Positions 19,371 to 32,500 of a DNA stretch of 64,000 nucleotides are shown here, in pieces. The DNA lies in assembly GCA_946965045.2 (NCBI GenBank), contig OX337233.1:992001-1056000 (forward strand). The letters run 5' to 3'. The position numbers were made by a program, and so were the translations under genes. Below the pieces are notes generated by a model that ran no database searches, was not told the DNA's origin, and saw only the letters and a program-made list of their open reading frames with translations. Positions within the stretch are counted from its first letter, which is position 1; each line of letters begins with the position of its first letter. The stretch comes from Epithemia pelagica (Eukaryota; Protista; Bacillariophyta).

Positions 19371-21695
19371 CTACATACACGGCGAAGCGATGAGCGTGCT
19401 TCCTCGATAAACTTCCTTGGTCGGCATAACGAGGGTAAACACTCGTTCGTCAAAAACTTGGCCTCGAAAATGCTGATTTTCGGGTTGCAAAGGTTCCGTG
19501 CCTGCGACCTGATAATTGATGATGGCAAAACTGGAGTCTCCAATATTGTAGTAGACGTCACCGTCAGTATTTGGATAGAATCGTGAAATGTGCTCATCAA
19601 GACTCCTCCTATCCGTTGCATTATTGGCTGAAGTGAGAACACACTCAATATAACTATCGATTGTTGAGTTGAAGTAGAGGTCTGGCTTTCTTGCTGCAGT
19701 CCCCGCATTGATGAGCTTGGGGTTGAACAGTCGAGTGTCGAGTTGTTTAACTTTGGAGAGGCCAAGCAAGAGCTCAAACGTCATAGCGTCTTCGATTGGA
19801 CCTCCATGAGGTCCATACTGGTCCCAGTTAAGCTTTGGAAGGGTGTGAGAAAGCAGTTGCTGCACACCAGCAATGCCATGGTTCAGCTTGGTAGCCAACA
19901 AAGTTCCTTTTCCTCCTTGATGCGACACGAAATTCTCAAAGAGAAATTGTGAAACGATCATGCCATTGCTATCGCAAAATCCTTTCTTTCGAAGATCAGC
20001 GACAGCACGATCATCGGGGTCTCTGTAGAGTAATGGGCGAACGTCGGTAGCAGTAACATCCGGCAGGATGCGTTGAACCATTTCTTGGAATGCCTGTTGA
20101 CCTCGAAAGTCGTTCGACTCAAAATATCTGATCACCTCCTCCACCGAGAAGCCTTCGTTTTTCATCTTCGGAACAAGATGCTCTGCAAGCCACATTAATG
20201 GGTAGATGTGTCCACCAACATGCGAGCGGATGAATTGAAGAAGCTTTTCAATCTCAGCTCCTGTTGCAGCCGTGGTGTTGGACGCAAAATAGTCTGTTAT
20301 CCCCTCCTCAACAAGCATATCTTCGGCAACAAAAAGCCGATCAGTTGCAATTGATTTCTTGAACGACCCACTTATTGTTTGATAGTGGGGAACCCCAGCA
20401 CCGATTGTCGTGAGACGGTGATTTTTTGTATTCTTCAAAAGCACGGTAAATATGTCCGAGTCAACATTGGCTTGTGTCTCGTCGACCAGAATGTACGCTT
20501 CTTGTTTCACCGCTGCCATTCTCCTAATCCATTCATTCACATCTAGTTGCTGAAACGATGTTGCGTTTTCAAAGAAAAAAACTGTTTTGCCATTGCTGAC
20601 CAGCAGCTCTCCAATCTGGTTCAGCACCGTGCTTTTCCCTGCACCCTTGCACCCGCTAATGTGCACAGACTTCTTCGGGGAGGCGTATTGGATTATTTCC
20701 TCAAGAAGATCACGCCGCTGTACAACAAGAGGTCCATATCCAACATCTTCGAACGTTTCGTTGGTCTGCTGCGGCGTGAAAGCGTAGATAGATTCCTTGG
20801 CTTTTGCCATTTGTAACGATTTTCGTCTCTTGTTTCGTTCCTTTTCCTTCCAAGAGGCGGTTACCTTGTAGCTGCATCGGACCTTTTCAAAACGTCCCTG
20901 TGCTGTACCGGTCTTAATCGCCTGGTTGATACAATGTTTGAAATGCTTGGAATCCTCCAAATGATCGTACTCTGCCAAAAGCCACTTCTTAATGGCAGGA
21001 ATGCTGCTACCGGTCCGATCCTTCAGGGCCACAATGGCCTCTTGCACTAGTTGTGCATAGGTTTTGCCATTGCTTCCAATGCTCTGCCGCTTTCCCCCGC
21101 TAGAAACAGAAGGTTGTGGAGTCGGTGGACTTTTGGGTGCCTCCTTATCACCCGAACCACTCTTTTCTGCCACGGCCACAGCAGCGGTAGCAGCATTCTT
21201 GGACGAATTATCTTCTGCGGATTGATTGGCGTCAGCACTAGCATGTGGTGGCGCCTTGGAAGCAGATTTCCTTTTCTTTTTATCGGGACGAGAAAAAGTC
21301 GGAAGCCACTCGAAGGACGACTTAACTTTGGGGCTGCGTCCAGACTTGCGAGAAGCCGGTGTCTGCGGAGAATAAAGACAGAGCATCAGACCATTGGAGA
21401 CAAACAATATACCAAACATGTCTACAACCAATGCAAAAGCTGATCATGCGTTCCCTCTGTCACAAGGAGAGCTTCCCGACATGGTAGTTGGGAGAAAGAA
21501 CGTATAGGCATTGCCTCAATCAACAAGGAGCAACCGATTCGTCACTTCAAAAGTGTGTGGCCTCCCCCGCGGCGGCGAACCGAAACTACCACACACACTA
21601 CGGAGGCCACGAAGTGACGATCGTTGGACAGAGTTTCGTCCCACCAGGACAGATATTCGACTTACCTGAGATGCTTCTTTCGATTTCGATGACAT
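19371..21695 (-). CDS. Chimeric gene: linker-histone H15 domain fused in frame to a Crinkler-like P-loop NTPase + restriction-endonuclease-fold domain; exons 21695-21666 and 21362-19371
   Basis: Exon 1 encodes MSSKSKEASQ then gtaagt; the acceptor is ...ttctccgcag at 21363. H15 globular domain: TYAQLVQEAIVALKDRTGSSIPAIKKW...RFEKVRCSYKV. The fusion point at 20794/20795 is the duplication breakpoint. Downstream motifs are ISGCKGAGKS, ILVDE and PDLYFNS...IEC...EHISRF. The spliced product is about 673 aa with no stops. Confidence 0.8.
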
Positions 21696-22413
21696 TTCTA
21701 GTAGTTCACAATGGACCGATATCCTTGATGTCTTCTGGACTTTCTTCTTCGAATGACACAACTATCTATGATCCAAACGCAATGGACGTCACGCTCGTCT
21801 TCATTCTCGCTCTGTGATGCTTTGGAAAAAGATTGTGGCAATGTTTTTGCGCAAGTCGAAAAGCGCGGGGTTTTGGTTGCCTACTCTCTTTTATGCAGTC
21901 ATTTATCAGTATAACGATTAGTGTATCCAAGTATTTAATCGTTACTCGTGCGGCGCGAGCGCGGATCGTCTACAAATGCGACTGCCTTTGGGGGGGTTGT
22001 GGGATTGGCATTCGTGCAAACTTTCTGTGAGCAATGACAACCAAGCGTGACATCAAAAGAACTTTGATATTATAATAATGGAATGTTTTATTTTGGCCCT
22101 CTTGGAAGTATCGACTATTGCCACAGCATAGCTATGTGTGGTCACAGTTCACAGGGCGGCTTTTGCGACAAGCTTCTCACAATGGTTTTGTTTGAGCGTT
22201 GTCGACCTGTGATAAGACCAAAAGGCACGAGAGCAGGAATGCAAGGCACAAGCATGACGTAAAGATATTGCGATTAGATCAACACAATTGTGGAACAGAG
22301 AAAAAGTGATTTGGATTTTGAGAATTGAGATCAAATTTAGTTGGGTGTTAGTCAGATGTTGACGCACCGAAAGAGCATGAAGATCCTGCCCAGTTTCCTT
22401 ACTTTTCCACAAA

Positions 22414-25400
22414 ATGAATACGACGATATCTCGGTGGAGAGAGACAAGAAGATACTTATTGCATGCGTGTCAAGAAACGACACTGAATACTCTGTGTCTC
22501 GCAGTTAAACGGCCAAACTACCTAAGAGTACAGCGGCGGAATAGAGGCTTCTGGGCAATAGCAACACCACCAGCAAAGTCCTTCCATACCGTAATAAAGA
22601 GAAAGCGATACAGTTCTTGGACCCCTTTCAGCAACCACGGACTTGACAGTAAAAAGAATGTGGTTTCAAATGCCAGTCGAAGGTTTGCAGAGCAGGCTAA
22701 TCAATCGGTTGCAGATACCAAAAAGAACGATAGGGAAGAAGGGAAGCAAGCGTCTGCCTTTGTGGCGAGCTGGCTCCAAGTACGAGATGCTTTGCTCCAG
22801 CAACCGATTGGTTTATTCAAATCGCAGCACTGGATGGAAGCAGAGTTGTTGATCACCAACCTCCGCAATCATACAGCCTTTGTCAAGGAGGGCCATATTT
22901 CTCCCCAAGAACGTATCGAGTCCATGTTTCTGGTATTGGACCGCCTTGGTCGCGAAATAAGTCAATCACCCACCATTACATCCAGGGATCCTCGCAATAT
23001 GAGCATAGTGACAAATGCGGTGCTACCTTTAGATTCAGGCATATTGGTGGCGGTTCTTGTGAGTTGGAGAGATTTTCTCTTTTCTACGGTTAACCTTATC
23101 AGCCGTAGTAGTAACGCTGGTCCCAGCAAAAAAGAGCATGGCTCCGACAGTCGCTTGAATCCAGTATCGATTTTGAAACGTGTGAAACAGTACATGCATG
23201 TGGGCTTGTTTCGTTCCAGCGACTCTCCTTACAATGTCATCTTGCATGTTCTTTCCAAAGTCAATGACAACCCTCTCCAGGCGGCATTGCTAGGAGACGA
23301 AATTTTGCAATCCATGTTACATCGAGGAAATCACTCGGTTTGCCATCCTACAGCAACCACAATCTATGGTGTGGTGGAACTTTGGGCGCAAAGTAGTAGG
23401 GGGACAAACCACAAGACGAACAACAATGCAGCTCTGCAATGCGAACAGTACTTGCAAATGGTCAAGGATTGGTATCCCGGCGATCCTCGCCAATCCATTG
23501 AGATGAAACCCATTCCCAACATTTATTGCGCTGTCATGGAAGCACACAGCCATTCTAGTCCTCCGGGAACAGCATTGAAACGGATTCAAGAACTCTTTGC
23601 CGAACTCAAAAAAATGAGTATGGATATTGGTGGTACCGATTCCAATGGTGGCAACGACAGTGGAACCCAATCTCGTATTGGAACTGGGGAAATCCCTCAA
23701 AGACATTTGTTTGAGTTGGACACCAAAGTATATGCTCGTGTGTGTCATGCCTTGGCACTGTGTCGCCACCCACAAGCTCCAGATGCAGCACATGCGGTAC
23801 TGGATGAAGTCGTCTCGCAGTCACTAAAAACAGAGCACGATGTGCAAGAGAAACATTACTTGCAACCTACGGTTCATTGCTTTTCCGATGTCATTAGTGC
23901 ATATGGACGAGCTGGACGGGTTCAGGAAGCTCAAGATGTCTTTGATTCCATGAAACAATTGGCCGTCACGAACGTATCGTTGAAGCCAGACCTAGTAGTT
24001 CATTCTGCATTGATTTGGGCCTACGCACAAGCCAAGGACACTGCCGGTGCAGAAGCAGTTGTGATGCAATTAATGGAGGACATTGAACAGGGTTCAGGAG
24101 GAAACAGTCTTGTGGGAAATTTGAACTCACAAACTTGGAATGGAGTCTTGGTCTCTTGGGCACAATCCGGTGATCCACAAGCCGCAGGTCGCATTTCCAT
24201 GCTACTTGATCGACTGAAAGAAATAGGCGTGAAGCGATCCGACAAGAACGGGGAAGGTTTGGTGACCACTTCATCCTACAACGCGTTGTTGGCTTGCTAT
24301 ACTCAGGAACCTTCTCCAAGGGAAGGCCGAGAAATTGTTTCAATGGATGGAAACTCAACAGTGATTTCAACCCGATGGCGAGACCTTTATCGGTCTACTC
24401 CTAGCTTGGAAAAATGCTGGTGATCCGGAACGTTGTCACCAAGTTTTGGAACACTTTTTGAGCAAAGTCAAACGTGGTGACATGGACATGGCCTCGATCG
24501 ATCAGAAGCATTTTAGCATTGTGATCGAGGCATGGGCGAAATCAAGGCATCCTCAGGCAGGGAGAAAAGCCGCATCCGTATTGGACGACTGCATGAGGCC
24601 TCTGGGTTGGATGAAGCCCAACACCGTTTGTTATACATCCCTGTTGTGGGCTTGGGCCCGTTCACCTAATGCAATGGAATTAGGGACACACTTGGAACGC
24701 ATTTACCAACAAATGCTCTATCAATGGAGAATAGAAGGGGATACTCACGCACAACCTAACTCCATGACGTTGAATGCCCTTTGTTACGGCCTGTCGAGAT
24801 CATCGGATCCAATGGCATTGGAGAGTGCTCACCAGCACCTTGCGAATATGAAAGAAATGGGAGATGTCGTAAAACTTCCCAGTGTACCCATTTACAATAC
24901 ACTCATGGCAGCGTGGTCGAAACGCATGTGTCCTGAGCGATGCGAAAGTCTGTTTCAAGAACTTGTGACAGCCTGGAAGCAAACTGGCGACGTTGACTTT
25001 AGGCCCCATGCCAAGGCTTTCAACACCAGGCTTAACGCTTGGTCGAAAGCTGGAAACGCTCAACGAACGACCCAAGTACTCCAAGAATGGATTTTTCAAA
25101 CAGAGCAAGGAGAATTGGATTCCTTTCCCAGTACCGTTGAGTTCAATGTTGTACTTCAATCCTGGGTGCGATCCAAGGATCCCAACAAAGCGAGCATGGC
25201 GGAACGTGGATTGCGTCAAATGCTCAACTATGCCCAGTCGGATCGATTTGCATGCCATCCCGATGTTATATCGTACACAACTGTCATAACGGCATATGCT
25301 GATGTGGCCGCTCGCTCGCCGCCAATGGCCCGATCGGCTGGATTCGATGCCTTGCGCTTGTTGAAAGAACTGAAACAATTGGCCGCTCAAGACCGCCGTA

Positions 25401-25744
25401 TACCTGGCACTCTTCGTTTGGATGCGAATTTCATCACCTACGCACGGGTTATTGTGGCGCTCATGGATGCTTCGACCTCTCCATTGCCGAACGGCCATCA
25501 AGTGCATGCAGTTTCTGTGGACCCGGAGATAATCCGATCCATTCGCGAGTTGTTTCAAGAACTGCATAGCAAAGACATTTCTTTCTGGACAGAGAAAGGT
25601 CCACGATGGAACCATTTGTTGACCAATATTGGGACAACCATTCAAAGATGCGCACTGCCATCCCCTCTCTCAGACGAATTCCTTGCGGAATGCAACCACT
25701 TGGAACACAAGGTTCGCTTTCACCACCGCACTCATGTCAAATGA
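22414..25744 (+). pseudogene. Pentatricopeptide-repeat (PPR) protein, probably organelle-targeted, disrupted
   Basis: Many PPR-like motifs (PTVHCFSDVISAYGRAG, PNTVCYTSLLWAWARS, PDVISYTTVITAYAD). A frameshift near 24320 and an in-frame TGA at 24362-24364 split it into 669-aa and 432-aa ORFs. Confidence 0.85.
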
Positions 25745-26238
25745 AAACGCGGTATGGGAATGTGCAGCAACGACAAGTGACAACTCACACCCCTCGGTGG
25801 ATCATCTCTCTCTACCTTTCTTGACAATGTTAGCGCGCTATTATTGCACCGTTCCAACCTGCCAACAGGGGACCATCTGTCGTACCTTGTGTTCTTATTA
25901 ACGTTTTGTTTTCATTGCGCTACCAGTGAAGGATAAAAAACAATGGTCGCAATGGAGTCTGCAGGACACGTGGAAGCGAATTTCCTCGGCCGTACGGTAC
26001 TTGTCTAGTATATAGATGGTAGTCTTCTTTTGAGAAAGTCGAGTCTAGCATGTTTCCTATTTTGGCCGGCATAGTCAGTCTTTGTTGGAAGAATATATTT
26101 TTTTGAACATACACTGAAAAAGGGGCTGGGACATGCGAGACTCTCTCGTCATGTAGAAACAAACACAATGACATGTACATAAGCCAAAAGTCTTTCATAA
26201 AATCCATTAATTTGTCAGGACGAGTTTCAGGGGTCTCT

Positions 26239-26640
26239 TCAAATGATTTGATACAGGCGATCCATCGAGATGGCACCGCTTTCATTTCCTTCCTTGTCAA
26301 AGATAATTTGCAAATCGTGCAAGCTCAATCGATCTCTCATGCCAATGTTGCAGAGAACTTGATGGAGGCCTTCGATGTAGACTTGCTTTTCTTGTTTTTG
26401 TGCAGCCTGTGACGAAGCGGCCACGATTTCCTTCTTGAAGCGCATGGGAAGTTCTTGGGTATAATGTTCTTGACGATACTCTTCCAAAACGTTGTGAAGT
26501 CGAGAAGTGGCGGCCTCAAAGCCAGTCGAGTAGGAACACGATGTCGTGATGCGATGTGTGATGGAGGAACCCATATCGGCCATGGTATAGAGAGAGGAAG
26601 ACGTTCTCAGTCGGCGAAGAGAAGTTTGAAGCGCAATCAT
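26239..26640 (-). CDS. Small (133 aa) protein with a mitochondrial-type presequence, function unknown
   Basis: ATG at 26640. The N-terminus is Arg/Ser-rich (MIALQTSLRRLRTSSS). The body LEEYRQEHYTQELPMRFKKEIV...EGLHQVLCNIG...LQIIFDKEG has a natural composition with a weakly EF-hand-like end. Confidence 0.6.
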   Translation of the reverse strand: MIALQTSLRRLRTSSSLYTMADMGSSITHRITTSCSYSTGFEAATSRLHNVLEEYRQEHYTQELPMRFKKEIVAASSQAAQKQEKQVYIEGLHQVLCNIGMRDRLSLHDLQIIFDKEGNESGAISMDRLYQII

Positions 26641-26701
26641 GATGTTTTTTGTAGACTTGATGTTGTTATCAGCAAAGATACTTGTTGGAGTTTTTGTGTC
26701 A

Positions 26702-26740
26702 AATCGGATTGGATTGGATCGGATTGGATCGGATCGGATA
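26702..26740 (+). repeat. Pentanucleotide microsatellite (GGATT/GGATC)n
   Basis: atcggattggattggatcggattggatcggatcggat. Confidence 0.9.
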
Positions 26741-27874
26741 TCTGATGATGGGTTTTGTGATCGCTTGTGCAAACGGGTGTGCAGTTTGTCTCGAGGTTGG
26801 TTTTATGCGAACAAATAATGAAGTTTCTCAAAACTGCAAACGGAACTGTTGTCGGTTGCAGTTTGGATGACTTGTGGTGACATCCATGCGGTGGCTCAAG
26901 GCGAACAGAAAACAGAACACTTCCGGACACCATTATTTCTCAGAATTCTCGCGGTGTGCTCCATGTTTCATGAAAACTTGAGTTCGGCCGTTCCGGTTTC
27001 CTGACTCACACATGTCGCAGCGCGACTCGAGAGCTCCGATATGGAGTCATCAGACAGTCTTATTGATGTCTCGTATTGAAAATAATTAAATATTTGAGTA
27101 CTTTTCCCGATTGACGATGTCCTCTTTATACCAGTTGTCCTTAGTTGCAGATGACTGCAGCTGATTGCGAGATTCGAAATTCCGAGACAACATGACAACA
27201 GACATGAACTCATTGCGTGTTGTACTTTTTTGTTCGCTGTTTCTGGAATAATGTCCGAGTCCGCGGTGACTTTCTTCTGGCGCCTCGATTGGTCCAATCA
27301 AAATCTACGAATCTCATGATGCCGATTGGGTTGAATGTCCATCTAAAATGACGCACTGGGTGAAGTTCGGCCTTGACTGGATGCATTCTTTCGGAAACTT
27401 CGCACGGACATGGAAAATGGAAAGTGCGACAGGGCGGGCCGCTAATGAGACACGTGGGCGGGTAGCAGGTTGAAGCATGATGGATTAGAGATTAGAGAGC
27501 GACTTGGACGGTCGGATTGGTCCCATGATGATTAACCAAGGAGGCTGATTAGATCGGATAGATTGTATTGTTACGGTTTACTACAAGTAGTTTGTCCAGG
27601 AACAACGCTTGTAAGGCTATTACGTGTAGAGCAGAGGTGAGAAATCAGGACATAGACTAGTCAGCATCCATTGTTGAAACGACTTAGCTTTTTGAATCAC
27701 GAATACTCCATCTATCCGTACGATTAGACAGCTGGAGTATTCGTAGTTCCGGTCCACGATAGGAGTAGCTAGCATGAGTCAGTCAGTGGTCAGTGGGTCG
27801 CGCTGACTACCCAGCCCAACGTGCGTAAGAAGCGACACGAGACAAAAAGGAACAACCGCTCGCAAACCCGCTCA

Positions 27875-28590
27875 GGGCTGGTCTTATCGTGCGTGAAATT
27901 TCACACATTTCACCCAAAACCAGCTTCCAAATGTCACAGTTTTTAGGGTGTGAAAAACTTGGGTCCAATCGATGGCTACGAGTGTGAAATCGATTTCACA
28001 CAGCCGTAGTCTTCCCCCAAGGGTCATTCATGTGCTTCCAACAACCAAACAAATAAGCATGATCTATTCCAAGTACCTAGAGGCAGAGGCAATGGAAGAA
28101 GAAGGTGACGAAGAAGACTTCCTCCACTTACTCAAGCTGATAGAATTTTATTCCCTTGCCAAGAAGCACCGAAGAAGCAGAAGCCCAATCCCTCGGTCCC
28201 AAACTCCTAAGGTTGAACGACTCAAGTGGTCGACCAGGTTCAGAGAGTCTAGTCCCTGTAAATACTCAGGTAATGGCTTCTCTACTCGCTTGGGCTTCTT
28301 CTTAGCAGGGCCATCCTCCTGAGGTGCGGTGGACAACGGCGTCATGGTGGCAATAATTGTTTAATTGTTGCGGAGGGGCTAAGAACGTCTTCATGTACTG
28401 GGGGGAAATTACACCTAGTAACCACCTAGTAACCATAGACGAAGTGTGAAATTTTTGTGAAACTGCAATGGGGGGCCTCAAATTGCCTCGTGTGAATTTC
28501 ACAAAAATTTCACACTCGGCCTGTGCAACGTCAGGACACGTAGGCCAAAAGTGTGAAATGTGTGAAATTTCACGCCGATAAGACCAACCC
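27875..28590. mobile_element. PIF/Harbinger-type non-autonomous element (716 bp)
   Basis: Terminal inverted repeats of about 40 bp (ggg(c/t)tggtcttatcg(t)gcgtgaaatttcacacatttcac) flanked by a 3-bp TSD TCA (27872-27874 and 28591-28593). It has subterminal GTGTGAAAT palindromes and internal ORF remnants. Confidence 0.8.
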
Positions 28591-28916
28591 TCAGCCACTC
28601 GTTCGCTTTCTCCACCATCCCTTTACCCCCCCCTAGCGGGGGTGGTTTTGAGGTTGTAGTTTCTGTGAACCACCCCCATACCTTTTTCCTGGCTCCAGTC
28701 GGCTGGCATATCTCATTCCTTCCACCGCGATAACAACACGACAATCAAACTTTGTCGTTGCTGGTGACCTCCTACGGCCACCCCATCATGATCCGACCAT
28801 CACATGCTTCATATCGGTACCATGGCAGTGCATTGTGAGGGGCACAGTGCATGCGGGCCATTCTAGGAAATGTCCAATACAGTGACGCTGTAATACGGCA
28901 CAATAGGAGACAATGA

Positions 28917-29192
28917 TGTTGGATCACTAGATTGGCCCAAATGGGGTCTCCTGTGCACAGAAGTAATACAGTTGTAAGCGTAGATGAAAGGTTTGCAAAA
29001 TGTTCAATCTTAAAAGAGTGAGAGTTACGACTAGAGTAATGTCCAAGATGGGAGTTGTTGTTGTGCCAGTTGTGATCGTAATCGTCCAAGATCTAGGTGA
29101 GCTATAACCGCCTCCCATGCGGTTTCTATCCCAAAGATCATATGTGCGACCGACTCATGACATGAAGAGCGATTCAATTCTTGATTCCAACA
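28917..29192 (-). repeat. 3' LTR of Copia element 1
   Basis: tgttggatcactag...gattccaaca; preceded on the element strand by a short purine tract aggcaggg. Confidence 0.95.
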
Positions 29193-29506
29193 CCCTGCCT
29201 AATTGTGTCGCTCGAATGTCATTGATGTCATAAATTTGATATTCTCATGTTTGTCGTGTGTGGTGAAGATTTCATATTCTGTGAGTTGTGCCAATGTGAG
29301 AAGAAGATACCCTGCCTGATTTGGATGATGTTTGAATGCGATGTAAGTGATTGTTTGATGTTGTTGTTGTTGTTGATTTGTTTTGTTTCTTTGATTCTTG
29401 ATATTCTGATGATTTGTTGTTCGTTGTTGATATGGGCATTATGGGTTCTGTCGTGTGTTTGATGATGGCGGTTTCACTATGGTGTGGTGCGGATGATTGG
29501 GCTTGG

Positions 29507-32500
29507 TCAATTGGATGGTGCTTGTCGAAGAAAGCATTGAATCCAATAGGGAATTGGACCTTGGTGAGCGATCAGGGCGGTTTCGGATCCGACAATGGGT
29601 TCAACGTGAGCGCCGTGCTCGTTCATGGCCATCGAAGAAGGATCATCGTCAGCGGTGGAACTGGGATCAATGTCAGAACAATAGACAAGGGAATGGCGCT
29701 TGAAGTCAGGACCAGAAAGATTCTTGGTGAAGAGGTCTGCGCTATTGTCAGGTGAGTGAACCCAAATGGTGTGAATCAATCCATCTTCTTTCATCTCACG
29801 GAGAAAATGCCACTTGACGTCGATATGGCGTGTGCGTCCTCCAACACTCCATGAATGTGTCAAAGCCAGTGCTCCTTTGCAGTCCATTTGGAGGATCATC
29901 GGTTTCTTCACGGTAAGGCCCATTTGTTCGATAACACGCATTCCAAGAAGCATTCGCTGACCCGTTTCCACTGCTGCTACGATTTCTGCTTCGCTGACTG
30001 ACAACGTGACGCAATCCTGCATTCGACTCGATTCGGAGATTGGAGCATCTTGGAGAAAGACGGAAATGCCAGACACGCTGTGCCGCTTCTCAGGATCCTT
30101 GGCAAAGTCTGAGTCGCTGACACCACGAATCTCGAATTCGAAACCATCGCGAGATCCATCCCAACAACCAACCGGACGCAGAGTCTTGCTGCGAGTCGAC
30201 GTGTCCATGCAGAAACGCATGACACGGTACATGGCCTTCAAATGATTCGTGGTAGCCTGCTTCATAAACTTGGACAATTCACGGACGGAATTCAGAATGT
30301 CAGGCCTTGTCCACTTCATCAAATGCAACAATTTTCCAACTCCACTGCGATAGAGAGACTGCTTGGTACTGTCCAGATTGGGAGTGCCATCGTCCTTGCG
30401 AAGAACCTCACCAGGTGCTGCCGGTGTGGAATAGGGCTGCGGTGCATGAGGGACAGAAAACTCGTCGGTGAAACTCCGGAGTAAAACCGGCTGAGTGAAC
30501 TTGCACGAGCGGGCTTCACGGTCGATATCGACCTTGCATCCAATGTATTCGGTGAGAACACCACAATCATCACAGTCAAAGTGTTCCTTCATGGCGGCCT
30601 TTGAATGTAACACGCCTGCCTCCGATCCACAGATCAAGAAATCGTCGACCCAAGACAACCAGATGACGAGGCCATAAACGGTCCACGCAAAGTACAGACA
30701 GGGATCAGCACGGTTCCGAAGGAATCCAATCAACTGCATGACTTCCTGCACTTTGTTCCAAAAGGCACGAGCTGCCTGTTTAGTACCGTAGAGTGTCTTG
30801 CCCAAGAGAATCAACCAACCTGGTGGATACTTGGATTCCATTCCTTTGGGAATGGTCATCCACATCTTTCTGTCTTTTTCAAAACCACCCAACAAGAAAG
30901 CACCCTTGACATCCATCACATGAACGACCCAATTCGCGAGAATAATCAGCACAAAGATGATCATGATGGTCATTTCAGATGCTACGGGAGCGAAAGTGGC
31001 GTGGCTGTCGTAATGCTCACCGTCAACTTGTTCGTAACCACGGGCATTCAATCGAGCACGAAAGGTCCCATTGGCCTTCTTTTTCATTGCCCAGACGTTG
31101 CTGAGGATCTTGGCGTCAGCAGGAACATCAACTGGAGAGCAAGGGATGAAGACACCGTTGTCAATCATCCGCTGATAGTCCTTCTCAATAGACTCTAACC
31201 ATTGGTCACGCTCAGGGCCATTAATAGCTTCCTCATACTTCAGAACATGTAGTTCCTTGGTATTCTGGATGCCACCTCCCAAACCGGCTCCAACCATAGC
31301 ACATTCTTTGGCCAAGTCTGTGGAATTTGCGCTATAGCCTGATGGGACACTGTCGACAGGAAACTTGGGAGCCACATAATCTGGATCAATGTCGGCTTGA
31401 ATGAAGGCACCACTGATATCAGAAAGGGGATAATCGACGGAAACTTCTTGAAATCCGGAGCGAATGTCAGTGACTTGGGGTTCAGGGACGTTGTCTTGAT
31501 CGTCATGGTGATGACTAGAGTCGCTAAAGTCAGAATCTTCGTGACCAAGAGAAGACATAGTATGGTAGTAATTTTGTTCGGCGCGACTGAGAGATAATTG
31601 CTGGAAATTGATGCCAGCACATGCATATTCCTCGATCAATCGTCTTGGTGGTCGAATGTGTCGTCCTGTGCGAGTGACTTGCTCGCGACGAGGAGTTGCA
31701 GATGTGAGGACACTAACATTATCGTCGGCATCAGTCGCTTGATCGATTGTCTCCACGGTTGGACGTTCAATTTCCATGGGTTCATGTGCAATTGCTTCGG
31801 GTTCGTCCTTGGAGTCTGGTTGGGGATTTTCCGGATTCTCGTCGGGGATCATTTCGATAAATGGAGCAGCGTCATCAATTAAGGGCAAGTCATCGCAATC
31901 TGCATAAGTACTTGGATCTACGACTGGGCTGACCATTAGATGAGGTACCGAAGGAGGAGGAACAAAATACATGCGTCGAAGCCAAACGACATCACGAGTC
32001 AAATAGATCATTTTGGTTGTAGGATTGAACATGCGATAAACATCGCCAGCATGATCTTTACAATAGCCCACGAATAGACAGTGAGCACCTCTGTCGTTGA
32101 GCTTCTTCGAAGTGTCCGTTGAAATCTTGACGGTTCCAGCTTCGCCCCATGTACGAAGGTGATGGGCAAACTTCGGCAATTGTCCACACCAATGCTCACG
32201 TGTCTGAGAGACACCATCAATCTTGATTACAATCAGACCGTCCAACAATGTTGCAGTGTCGAAGGCAGTCGTCCACAGAAGGTTTCGATACTCCAAAGGT
32301 AGGTTAGCTCGATGCATCATAGCTCGTCCTCGCATAGCAATGGTAGAGATGCTAACTTCCGCTAGGGAGTTTTGCTGGGGAGTATTACGCGCGGTGAATT
32401 CGAACTCGATTCCCAACTTCCATGCGACTGACTGTGCTCGTGATTGAAGTAAGATGTTCTCGCCGGCGTTGTCAAGGCGGACATGTGTTACACCCAATCC

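Larger units (their letters stand above)
9957..20794 (+). repeat. Left arm of a 10.8-kb inverted duplication
   Basis: Reverse complement of 35905-46744. All paired ORF coordinates sum to 56699-56701. The arms differ only by scattered SNPs and a few 1-2 bp indels. Confidence 0.97.

Noticed and set aside
25920-26300. 126-aa minus-strand ORF downstream of the small mitochondrial-type gene
   Set aside because: No motif, and it overlaps the 3' end and UTR of the neighbouring gene.
26968-27297. 109-aa minus-strand ORF
   Set aside because: No recognisable domain or splice support. It could be a fragment but cannot be supported.
28340-28360. Geometric centre of the large inverted duplication (about 28350) falls inside the Harbinger MITE
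   Set aside because: Coincidental. The spacer is not symmetric, and removing the 6.2-kb Copia would shift the centre.
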